Assembly: GCA_033764015.1 (NCBI GenBank)
Contig: JANRJK010000016.1
Location: 1-19,835 of the forward strand
Reading direction: 5' to 3'
Source of the DNA: Candidatus Sumerlaeia bacterium
Lineage (GTDB): Bacteria > Sumerlaeota > Sumerlaeia > SLMS01 > JANRJK01
DNA: 19,835 bases
Part shown: positions 1 to 13,408 of the stretch, piece after piece
Numbering within the stretch: the stretch's first letter is position 1
Layout: each line of letters begins with the position of its first letter
Translations under genes and position numbers: made by a program
Notes under the pieces: model-generated
What the model was told of the DNA's origin: nothing
What the model saw: the letters and a program-made list of their open reading frames with translations, nothing else
Databases searched by the model: none

Positions 1-162
1 GTCCTCCCAGGGGATCCCGGTCTTCAGCACGAAGAGGATGCCCGTCAGGCACGCGCGGTCGGGCACCCGCGGCCTGCCGCCCGGGCCCCGGCGGGGTGGG
101 GGCGGCGGCAGGAGCGGCGCGATGCGATCCCACAGGGCGTCGGGGAGAAGCGGCTTGGCCAT
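1..162 (-). CDS. IS5-family transposase, N-terminal (DUF4096-like) part; runs off the left edge of the window
   Basis: Not in the ORF track. Manual translation from ATG at 162 gives MAKPLLPDALWDRIAPLLPPPPPRRGPGGRPRVPDRACLTGILFVLKTGIPWED, matching the IS5-family N-terminal pattern (W..I.PLLP...GRP...DR..L.GILFVL.TG..W.D). A GGAGG SD lies at 174-178. Confidence 0.92.
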   Translation of the reverse strand, partial: MAKPLLPDALWDRIAPLLPPPPPRRGPGGRPRVPDRACLTGILFVLKTGIPWED

Positions 163-241
163 CGGCGCGGGTCCCTCCGGGGACCAAGCACCGCTCGCAA
201 TGCACGCTCAACAAGTGCAATGGCGTTCTGTTAGGCGTTCT
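1..241 (-). mobile_element. Left end of an IS5-family insertion sequence (probably IS427/IS1031-type)
   Basis: Transposase start at 162. Upstream, the minus strand reads CTAA|GAACGCCTAACAGAAC (244-225), which resembles IS5-family terminal inverted repeats flanked by a TA/TAA/CTAA-type target. The other end is outside the window, so the boundary is uncertain by a few nt. Confidence 0.75.
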
Positions 242-266
242 TAGGGACGTACATTCTTTCCTCCTT
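231..266 (-). pseudogene. 5' stub of a host gene interrupted by the IS (SD + ATG-TAC-GTC-CCT, then IS end)
   Basis: The minus strand has AAGGAGG (266-260), a 5-nt spacer and ATG (254-252). The frame reads MYVP, enters the putative IS end and stops at TAA (233-231). Confidence 0.5.
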
Positions 267-695
267 TGTCGTCATCGGTAGGAGGCTTCTGACGTTCTTG
301 GATGTGAACCTCCAGTCGGCGCAGAGAGTCTCAGGAACGCGGACGATCCCTCGGATTCAATTGTCCATCTTGGCCAGCGTTAGTGACTTGGTCGACTTTG
401 GTTGGCAAAGAAGAAAGGCTGGGGCGTGACTCCTCAAGACCACCGCAGGCGCGTTCCCTGTTTGGAGAATGTCGCCCCGAGGATATCCCACACTGGCAGC
501 GCATCGAGGTGTCTCCACACTTCACGGCGGAGAGAAGAGTGGCGTTCAAACTCTACTCCAGGAGATAGAGCGGATCGGGAGCTATCGCTAGAACCAGTCC
601 ATCCGCTTGCGCGATTCTTCGATGCGTCGTGCTCCTCAGGCGGGGCGCTCCGGGCAAATCAAGATCGGGCGGAGCCACATCGCCCCCTCCCCCAA

Positions 696-725
696 TTGAC
701 GGCGGCCACCGCGCGCAGCTATTCC
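696..725 (+). promoter_or_regulatory. Candidate sigma70-type promoter for the 733 gene (possibly leaderless)
   Basis: TTGACG (696-701), an 18-nt spacer and TATTCC (720-725). The ATG is 7 nt further on at 733, with no SD upstream. The -10 is imperfect. Confidence 0.35.
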
Positions 726-732
726 CGCCCCG

Positions 733-1765
733 ATGAGCGCGAGCCCCCCAGCCACCTCGCCCGGCGTTCCGGCTGCGGCCGCGGAGACGGGCGGCAAGCC
801 GCGCCTGCGGCGCCCGGAATCCCCGCTGTTGGTGCTCGCGCTGCCGCTTCCCCCGAGCGGATCGCTTGCCGGTGCGCGGTTGCGGCACCACTTCCTTGAG
901 ATGCTCGCGGAGTTCAACCGCCGGGACGCTTGGTTGAATGCACTCGCCTGCATGGTGCTCAGCCTGCCGCTCCTCGGGATTTTCTTCGGCTACCTGCCGG
1001 GGACGATCATGCTGTTCGGGTCGATGTGGCTCCTCGGCAACGTCGCCACGGCCAACATCTCCGTGCAGGACCCCAGGACCCATCCGCTGCTTTCCCACCA
1101 CGTGGCGCGCCGGAGCGGGACGCGACGCATGCTGCATGGGATTGTGACCGGCTTTGGCTTCGGGTCGCCCTACCCTACGCCGCTCTTCAACTCCTTTGCC
1201 ATGTTGCGTCGCGGTCCCTCTGTGGAGGGCCCGATCCTGGACCTCCATCAGGCCGGGTATACGGGGCTCGATTTGATGGACCTCGCTTGGTTCGACGGGC
1301 GGCAACGCAACGTGTCTCACCGCAAGACTACAGTTCGCGCGCTGCTGCTCCCCTCCTTCGCGAGTTGCCTGCTCGCGAGCCGAGAAAGCGACCTCTTCCT
1401 GCTGTCGATCTTTGCCCCGCTCTTCATCCTCCTACTGGTTGCTGCAGTCGTGTCTCCGACCGGTGAACCCCGCCGCGAGGCGTGGGAGCTCTACGTGCAC
1501 ATGGTCTGCCACTACTGGCACACCACCGGCATCGAGGCCCTCCCCGACCCGCCCCGCGTCCGCGAGGTGACCCTTGGCACCGGGCGGCAGGCTTGCCGAA
1601 ACCCCCGAGCTCGCCGCCGCGCGACGCGACCCCGCGGTGGCGCGCGAGATCATCAACACCTGCTTCGACCTCTACATCGAACGCCTCACCGACCCGGACG
1701 GCTTCCCCACGCACGACGAGTGGGTGGCCCGGCGGCGCGGCCCGATTGAATTCCCCGTTGCCTGA
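733..1765 (+). pseudogene. Hypothetical multi-pass membrane protein with an apparent +1 frameshift near 1571-1600 (true C-terminus probably ...EWVARRRGPIEFPVA, stop at 1765)
   Basis: Frame 733 gives hydrophobic segments (ALACMVLSLPLLGIFFGYLPGTIMLFGSMWLL; LFLLSIFAPLFILLLVAAVV). After ~1590 that frame becomes Arg-rich with A/T-ending codons, whereas the +1 frame (1574-1765) has the genome's GC3-rich codon usage and protein-like sequence. This could be an assembly error or a real lesion. Confidence 0.6.
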
Positions 1766-1771
1766 AGCGTA

Positions 1772-1800
1772 GGGATCGCGGACCCTCGTGTCCCGATCCC
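1772..1800. other. Intergenic stem-loop between the 733 gene and the YqaE/Pmp3 gene
   Basis: GGGATCG-C-GGAC / loop CCTCGT / GTCC-CGATCCC forms an 11-bp stem with one bulge and no U-tract. It ends just before the AAGGA SD at 1804-1808. Confidence 0.45.
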
Positions 1801-1817
1801 CGTAAGGACCGATGCCG

Positions 1818-2015
1818 ATGCGCTACTTCCTCGCCTTCATCCTGCCGCCGCTCGCGATCCTGCTCTGCGGGCGTCCGCTGATGGCGATCGTCAACGTCCC
1901 GCTCTGCTTCCTCGGGTGGGTGCCCGGCGTGGCGCACGCGCTCCTGGTCGTCCACGAGCACCTCGCCGACAAGCGCGCCACGCGCGTGATCCGCGAGCTC
2001 CGTTCGGCCCACTAA
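1818..2015 (+). CDS. yqaE: YqaE/Pmp3 family (UPF0057) small membrane proteolipid
   Basis: MRYFLAFILPPLAILLCGRPLMAIVNVPLCFLGWVPGVAHALLVV shows the LPPLA...N..L..LG(W/Y)(I/V)PG..HA family signature. The SD AAGGA at 1804-1808 favours ATG 1818 over ATG 1812. Confidence 0.88.
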   Translation: MRYFLAFILPPLAILLCGRPLMAIVNVPLCFLGWVPGVAHALLVVHEHLADKRATRVIRELRSAH

Positions 2016-2019
2016 GCCC

Positions 2020-3444
2020 ATGTACTCGCGCGAGGAAATCGAAGCGGTCGTCGCGGAAGTGCTCGGCCGCATGAACGGCCACGCCGCGCCCAAGCCCCCC
2101 CCCGCGCCCGCCGCGGGCGGACGCATGCCCGGCGTCTTCGAAACCATGGACCAAGCGGTCGAAGCCGCCGAGAAGGCGTTCTTCGAGTTCCGCGGCCACA
2201 CGATGGAGCAGCGCGAGCGTTACGTCGCCGTCCTGCGCCGCGTCGGCCTCGAGATGAAGGAACCGTGGTCCCGCGCGGAAGAAGCCGAAACCAAGCTCGG
2301 ACGCTGGAGCCACAAGGTCCTCAAGTTCGACGCGGTCTGCAAGTACACGCCCGGCACCGAGGACCTGCCCACCTGGGCGAAGACCGGCGACCACGGCCTC
2401 ACCATCGAGGAGTACGCGCCCTACGGCGTCGTCGCCGCCGTCACGCCCAGCACGCACCCCTGCGCCACGTTGATCTGCAACGGCATCGGCTTCCTCGCCG
2501 CGGGCAACGCCGGCGTGTTCAACGCGCACCCCGCCAGCAAGCGCGTCTTCGCCGAAGCGGTCGCCCACTTGAACCGCGAATTGGTCGCCGCCGGCGCGCC
2601 GGAGAACCTCCTCACCACCATCGCCGAGCCCACGGTCGAGTCCGCCGAGGCGATGTTCCGCCACCCCAAGACGCGCCTGATCCTCGTCACCGGCGGCCCC
2701 GCCGTGGTGAATGCCGCCCTCGCCGTGCCCAAGAAGGCGATCACCGCCGGACCCGGCAACCCCCCCGTGGTCGTGGACGCCACCGCCGACCTCGCCACCG
2801 CCGCGCGCCATCTGGTCGCCGGCGCGGGTTTCGACAACAACGTCCTCTGCATCGGCGAAAAGGAAGTGTTCTGCGTCGACCGCGTGTTCGACGCGTTCAA
2901 GCGCGAGCTGCTGGCGCAGGGCTGCGTGGAACTCGACCGCCCGTCCATCGACCGCCTCGCGACCGCCGCCTTCCCGCGCCACGACGGCAAGGTCGGCCTG
3001 AACCGCAACCTCGTTGGGCGGAATGCATCCGTCCTTGCGGAAGCCGCCGGCCTCCGCGGCCTCGGGTCGGAGGTGCCACTGCTGATCGGCGAGGTAGACG
3101 CCGCCCACGACTTCGTCCAGGAGGAGCAGCTCATGCCGTTCCTCCCACTGGTCCGGGTGCGCGACGTCGACGAGGCGATCGCGCGCTCGCTCGACGCGGA
3201 GCACGGATACCGCCACACCGCCGTGATGCACAGCCGCGATGTCGCCGCCCTCTCGCGCATGGCGCGTGCGTGCGACTGCTCGATCTTCGTCAAGAACGGC
3301 CCCTGCTTCGCGGGCCTCGGCTACGGCGGCGAGGGCTACTGCAGCTTCTCCATCGCGTCGCCCACCGGCGAGGGCCTCACCTCCGCCCGCACCTTCGCCC
3401 GCAAGCGCCGCTGCACGCTGGTGGACAGCTTCCGCATTGTCTGA
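2020..3444 (+). CDS. CoA-acylating aldehyde dehydrogenase, EutE/PduP family, with N-terminal BMC encapsulation peptide
   Basis: Motifs GVF..MD.AV.AA, TPGTEDL...A.TGDHGLT..EYAPYGV, TPSTHP, VTGGPAVV, AGPGNPPVVVD, FDNNVLC(catalytic Cys)IGEKE, EQLMPFLP and GEG..SFSIASPTGEG.TSARTF.R.RRC. An N-terminal amphipathic helix (SREEIEAVVAEVLGRM) is followed by a Pro/Ala linker. Confidence 0.95.
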   Translation: MYSREEIEAVVAEVLGRMNGHAAPKPPPAPAAGGRMPGVFETMDQAVEAAEKAFFEFRGHTMEQRERYVAVLRRVGLEMKEPWSRAEEAETKLGRWSHKVLKFDAVCKYTPGTEDLPTWAKTGDHGLTIEEYAPYGVVAAVTPSTHPCATLICNGIGFLAAGNAGVFNAHPASKRVFAEAVAHLNRELVAAGAPENLLTTIAEPTVESAEAMFRHPKTRLILVTGGPAVVNAALAVPKKAITAGPGNPPVVVDATADLATAARHLVAGAGFDNNVLCIGEKEVFCVDRVFDAFKRELLAQGCVELDRPSIDRLATAAFPRHDGKVGLNRNLVGRNASVLAEAAGLRGLGSEVPLLIGEVDAAHDFVQEEQLMPFLPLVRVRDVDEAIARSLDAEHGYRHTAVMHSRDVAALSRMARACDCSIFVKNGPCFAGLGYGGEGYCSFSIASPTGEGLTSARTFARKRRCTLVDSFRIV

Positions 3445-3551
3445 TTCGGCGGGAACTACCGCTTGAGGTTTCCCAAGTTATAGGACAAGTCTCGGGCAGG
3501 TCGTGGCCCAACCCCTGCCGCCACGTGCCAATCCAACCCGAGGATGCGATG

Positions 3552-6056
3552 ATGGCAATGATCAGGATCGCCATGGCCGCGCTGGCGCTTTGCGCCGCGT
3601 TGCCGCTGGCAGGCATGGCGGAAGAGGGTGCCAAGACCACCCGCCCGCTCGACAAGATCGAACGCAAGATCGCGAAGATCCGCGCCGGCAAGCCCGGCCC
3701 CTCCTACGATAAGCCGAAGGAAGCTCTGCAGTTCTACCTCGACCAGCGCACCGGCGGCGCGCCCATCGACCCGCAGAAGTACGTGGACGCGATGGAGCTG
3801 AAGCTCGCCGGGATGAAGAACGACCCCGCCCGCGCGGTCGGCGACGTCGCCTCGTGGACCGAACTCGGCCCCGGAAACATCGGCGGACGCACCCGCACGA
3901 TCCTCATCTCGCGCGCGAACGCGAACAATATGTGGACCGCAGGCGTCGGCGGCGGCGTGTGGCGCTCCACCGACGCGGGCGCGAACTGGTTTCCCGTCTT
4001 CGACCTCGAAGGCAACATCGCCGTCACAACCATGGCCTTCCAGCAGCAAGGCACCGCGTCAGAGAACCCGAACGTCATCTACGCCGGCACCGGCGAAGGC
4101 TTCTTCAATGTCGACGCGATCCGCGGCGCCGGCATCTGGAAGTCCACCGACGGCGGCACCACGTGGACCCAGCTGGCAGCGACGAACAACAGCAACTTCT
4201 ACTACGTGAACAAGATCGTCACCAGCCCCTCGAACGCGAACCGCATCTGGGCAGCCACCTGGACCGGCGTCTGGCGCAGCACGGATGGCGGTGCGAACTG
4301 GACCAACCTGCTCAACTGGTCGGGAGTTTCCGGCGGAGCGCTGGACCTCGCCATTCGAACCGACACATCCCCGGACGACACGGTGTTCGCAAGCGCCGGC
4401 AACTTCGACGGCTCCGCAACCCGCGGGGTCTGGCGCACGATCGACAGCGGCACGAACTGGACGCAGGTGGTTTCGCCAACGGTCCCCGTCACCGCGTCCT
4501 CGATGGGGCGCCTCAGTCTCGCCATCGCGCCGAGCGACCAGAACTACTTGTACGCACTGGTTGCATCGACATCCACCAACGGCGTGCTGAACGTTTACCG
4601 GAGCACCGACGGCGGCGCGAGCTGGGCCACGCGGATTTCCGGCGCGTTCGACCAGACCAACCCGAAGTGGCTCCTCCTCAGCAACCCCGTCATCGCGAAC
4701 CTGACACCCTGCGGCTTCGGCCCCTCGAGCTTCGGCGGCCAAGGCTGGTATGACAACATCATCGCCGTCGCGCCGCACAACCGCGACGTCGTTTTCGCGG
4801 GCGGCGTCGATTCCTTCCGCTCCGACGACGGAGGCGCCACTTGGGGCCTTATCTCCTACTGGTGGTTCGGATCCGGCGATCCCAAGTACAACCACGCCGA
4901 CAACCATGCCATCGTCTTCCACCCGTCCTGGAACGGCACGTCGAACCAGACCATGTTCACTGGCAACGACGGCGGCGTGCTCCGCACGACGAACGCCCTC
5001 GGCGCCGTGGCCACCGGTGGCACCGGTGGATTCGGCATCTGCGGCGACGGCACCGATCCCGTTGTGAACTGGACGTCGCTCAACAATAGCTACGGCGTCA
5101 CACAGTTCTACCACGGGCGTCCCTTCCCGAACGGCACCACGTACTTCGGCGGCACCCAGGACAACGGCACGCTTATCGGCTCCGACGGGACCGGCCTGAA
5201 CAACTGGTTCGAATTGCTCGGCGGCGATGGTGGGTACGTCGAGGTCAACCCCTTGAACACGAACATCCTCTTCGCCTCGAACACGGGCCAGTCGCTCCAG
5301 CGCTCCACCGACGGTGGCGTCACCTGGGGAAGCCTGCCCGCCACCGGCGACACCGGCTTCCTCTTCATCCACCCGTTCCGGCTCGACCCGTCGAATCCGA
5401 ACATCATGTGGTACGGCGCCGGCGAGCCCTACTCGACCACCAACGCCAGCTCCGCGGGAAGCGCGGGCGCGATCACCTGGACGCAGCGCGGATCAAACAG
5501 CAACTTCGCAAGCGCTGCCACCGCGCTCGCCATCGACCCTAACAACTCGAACCGAGTCTTCTACGGCACCGGGGGCGGGCAGATCTACCGCAATACGGCT
5601 GCGTTGAGTGCGACCTCCGCGACGACATGGTCGGACGTCGCGCTCTCCGGTGCGCCGTACGTCAGTTGGCTCGAAGTCGACCCCAACGATGCCACCGGCA
5701 ACACCGTGTACGCCACCAGCAGCGAGTTCGGCGTCACGCAGGTGTGGCGCTCCACCAACGGCGGCACCTCCTTCAGCTCCATCGACGGCGACCTTCCCGA
5801 CCTCCCCGTCCACTCGATCCGCGTGCAGCCCGGCGCGGCCAACATCCTTTGGATCGGCACCGACCTCGGCGTCTTCCGCTCGACGAACACGGGAACGAAC
5901 TGGGTGGGTGTGAACTCCCCGGGCTTCGCGAACACCGTCTGCGAGGCGCTGGAATTCCAGGACGACAACACGCTCTTCGTCTTCACGCACGGGCGCGGCG
6001 CCTGGCGCGCGCAGATCAGCGGCGCCTCCGTCCGCGACTGGAAGGAACTCGAGTAA
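3552..6056 (+). CDS. Secreted BNR/Asp-box beta-propeller protein (VPS10/sortilin-like or GH74-related glycosyl-hydrolase-like), ~834 aa
   Basis: SD GAGGA at 3540-3544, with ATG options at 3549, 3552 and 3558. Sec-type signal (MAMIRIAMAALALCAALPLAGMA). Nine clear Asp-boxes (S/T-x-D/N-x-G-x-x-W/F). Motifs GPGNIGGRTR, QGWYD, HADNHA, GNDGG, GGTQDNG, GGDG, THGRG. The ORF-track start at 2265 is an over-extension through the aldehyde dehydrogenase gene. Confidence 0.9.
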   Translation: MAMIRIAMAALALCAALPLAGMAEEGAKTTRPLDKIERKIAKIRAGKPGPSYDKPKEALQFYLDQRTGGAPIDPQKYVDAMELKLAGMKNDPARAVGDVASWTELGPGNIGGRTRTILISRANANNMWTAGVGGGVWRSTDAGANWFPVFDLEGNIAVTTMAFQQQGTASENPNVIYAGTGEGFFNVDAIRGAGIWKSTDGGTTWTQLAATNNSNFYYVNKIVTSPSNANRIWAATWTGVWRSTDGGANWTNLLNWSGVSGGALDLAIRTDTSPDDTVFASAGNFDGSATRGVWRTIDSGTNWTQVVSPTVPVTASSMGRLSLAIAPSDQNYLYALVASTSTNGVLNVYRSTDGGASWATRISGAFDQTNPKWLLLSNPVIANLTPCGFGPSSFGGQGWYDNIIAVAPHNRDVVFAGGVDSFRSDDGGATWGLISYWWFGSGDPKYNHADNHAIVFHPSWNGTSNQTMFTGNDGGVLRTTNALGAVATGGTGGFGICGDGTDPVVNWTSLNNSYGVTQFYHGRPFPNGTTYFGGTQDNGTLIGSDGTGLNNWFELLGGDGGYVEVNPLNTNILFASNTGQSLQRSTDGGVTWGSLPATGDTGFLFIHPFRLDPSNPNIMWYGAGEPYSTTNASSAGSAGAITWTQRGSNSNFASAATALAIDPNNSNRVFYGTGGGQIYRNTAALSATSATTWSDVALSGAPYVSWLEVDPNDATGNTVYATSSEFGVTQVWRSTNGGTSFSSIDGDLPDLPVHSIRVQPGAANILWIGTDLGVFRSTNTGTNWVGVNSPGFANTVCEALEFQDDNTLFVFTHGRGAWRAQISGASVRDWKELE

Positions 6057-6085
6057 CCCCGGGCCAACCTCCCCACCAGCAACCC

Positions 6086-6120
6086 ACCGGGCCGCGGCGA
6101 CGCGGCCCGGTTTCCGTTTC
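6086..6120 (+). terminator. Rho-independent terminator after the beta-propeller gene
   Basis: Perfect 11-bp stem ACCGGGCCGCG/CGCGGCCCGGT (6086-6096/6101-6111) with a GCGA (GNRA) tetraloop, followed by TTCCGTTTC. Confidence 0.75.
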
Positions 6121-6185
6121 CGCCGTTATGACGGCGGGCGCGCGGCGTAGGACTACGCAGACTCCCCGCGCAAAGGTGGCCCGCC

Positions 6186-6673
6186 ATGACCTACGGCGTC
6201 GTCCTCGGCATCCTCTTCCTGCACCTCGGCTTCATGCTGTCGATCATGGCGTATTGGCTCGCCGCGGAGGCGCTCGCCCCCGCGGCGGTGGCCTTCGGCC
6301 GCGAGCGGCTCCGCGCGCGCCCCGTGCGCACGTTGCTGCTCGGCGGCGCCATCGGGGTTCCGCTGCTGGCGGGGGGATTCGCCCTCACCAAGGCCCCCAT
6401 CCCCGGCGCCGCGATGATCGGCGGCGGCGTGCTGCTCGGGCTGCTGCTCGTCGCGCTGCTCGGCTCCGCGGGGCTCGCGCGGCTGGTGGGCGAAGGGCTC
6501 CCCGCGCGCGACGCGGCCCCGGGCTGGCGATCGGTGCTGCGCGGCGGGGGGGTGGTGCTGCTCACATTCGCGATGCCGCTGCTCGGCTGGTTCATCCTGC
6601 TGCCGCTGGCGCTCGCCTCCGGCGTCGGCGCCATGGCCGCGTACCTCAAGAGCCCCCGCGCGGAAGCCGCCGC

Positions 6674-6677
<4 letters not shown>
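6186..6677 (+). CDS. Hypothetical integral membrane protein (about 4-5 TM segments), first gene of the DUF1800/DUF1501 operon
   Basis: SD AAGGTGG at 6173-6179. 163 aa, mostly hydrophobic (e.g. MPLLGWFILLPLALASGVGA). Its stop overlaps the next start as GTGA (6674-6677). Confidence 0.85.
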
Positions 6678-8131
<1,454 letters not shown>

Positions 8132-8134
8132 CCC

Positions 8135-9213
8135 ATGGCCGCCGACCACACGCTCGTCGTCGTCTTCCTCCGCGGCGCCGCGGACGGACTCAACATGGTG
8201 GTGCCGGTCGAGGACGACGGGTACCACCGCGCGCGCCCGACGCTCGCCGTGCGGAAGCGCGACGCGCTGCCGCTCGACGGCTTCTTCGGCCTCAACCACG
8301 CGCTCGCGGAGCTCCTCCCGCTCTACCGCGAGGGCGAACTCGCCGTGCTGCATGGAGTCGGCAGCGAGGACGGCACGCGCTCGCACTTCGAGGCGCAGGA
8401 CCTGATGGAGCGCGCCGGCCAAGGGGGCGGTGGTTGGCTCGCGCGGCACCTGCGCCGGCGACCCGGTCCCCGCGGCGGCGCCCTCTCCGCCGTCGCCGTC
8501 GGCGAGATGCTCCCCGAATGCCTCCGCGGCGCGCCCTCCGCCACCGCGCTCGATTCACTCGAGGCGTTCTCCCTCGGCGACGGCGGCGCCGCGTTCACCA
8601 CCGGGATCGCGGACCTCTACGCGCGCGAGCAGGGCCACCTCGGCGACGCCGCCCGCGACACGCTCCGCTCGCTCGCGCGCATCGACGATCTGCGCAGCGC
8701 GTCCTACACGCCCGCCGCCGAGTACCCCACCGAACCCTTCGCCCAGGGGCTCAAGCTGGTGGCGCGGCTCGTGAAGGCGCGCCTCGGACTCGAAGCCGCC
8801 GCCGTGGACCTCGATGGCTGGGACACGCACTTCGCGCAGGACTCGCTGATGCCCTCGCTGATGCGGCGGCTGGCGGAGGGCGTCGCCGCGTTCCGCCGCG
8901 ACCTGGGCGGCGACTTCGCGCGCGTCTCGCTGGTGGTGATGACGGAGTTCGGCCGCCGCGTGGCGGAGAACTCGGCGCTCGGCACCGACCACGGGCGCGC
9001 CAGCATCATGCTCGCCGCCGGCGGCGGCATCCGCGGCGGGCGCGTGATGGCGGAATGGCGCGGCCTCGAAAGCGGCCTCCTCGAAGGCCCCGGCGACCTC
9101 CCCGTCGCGACGGACTACCGCGACGTACTCGCGCCGGTCCTCGCCAGGCATTGGGGCGCGGGACACCTGCCGGAGGTCTTCCCCGGCCACGCGCCCGCGC
9201 CGGTTGCGCTCTA

Positions 9214-9217
<4 letters not shown>
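8135..9217 (+). CDS. DUF1501 family protein, without an N-terminal signal peptide
   Basis: Motifs LVVVFLRGAADGLN, RSHF.AQD, GWDTH, VMTEFGRR..EN...GTDHG, GGGIRGG.V and DYRDV. It is the usual downstream partner of DUF1800. Confidence 0.93.

Positions 9218-13404
<4,187 letters not shown>

Positions 13405-13408
<4 letters not shown>

Noticed and set aside
38..568. Short ORFs 38..244, 96..281, 331..549 and 383..568
   Set aside because: The first two are antisense to the transposase. The others lack an SD, codon bias or any recognisable motif.
2265..3548. 1263-aa ORF apparently fusing an Arg-rich N-terminus to the beta-propeller
   Set aside because: The N-terminal part is the off-frame shadow of the aldehyde dehydrogenase gene. 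The SD and signal peptide place the real start at about 3552.
3445..3548. Possible promoter (TTGAGG...TATAGG) and weak hairpins upstream of the propeller gene
   Set aside because: The spacer is only about 10-12 nt, and the stems are short without a U-tract, so no specific element can be supported.
3950..5910. Recurrent nucleotide words (e.g. TCCACCGACGGCGGC) suggesting a repeat array or CRISPR
   Set aside because: They are codons for the Asp-box protein repeats, irregularly spaced and degenerate. No CRISPR array, cas gene, tRNA or rRNA was seen in the window.
5627..6673. N-terminal extension of DUF1800 in the ORF track (834 aa)
   Set aside because: It overlaps two real genes and a terminator in another frame. 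GTG 6674 with the RRAFL signal is the plausible start.
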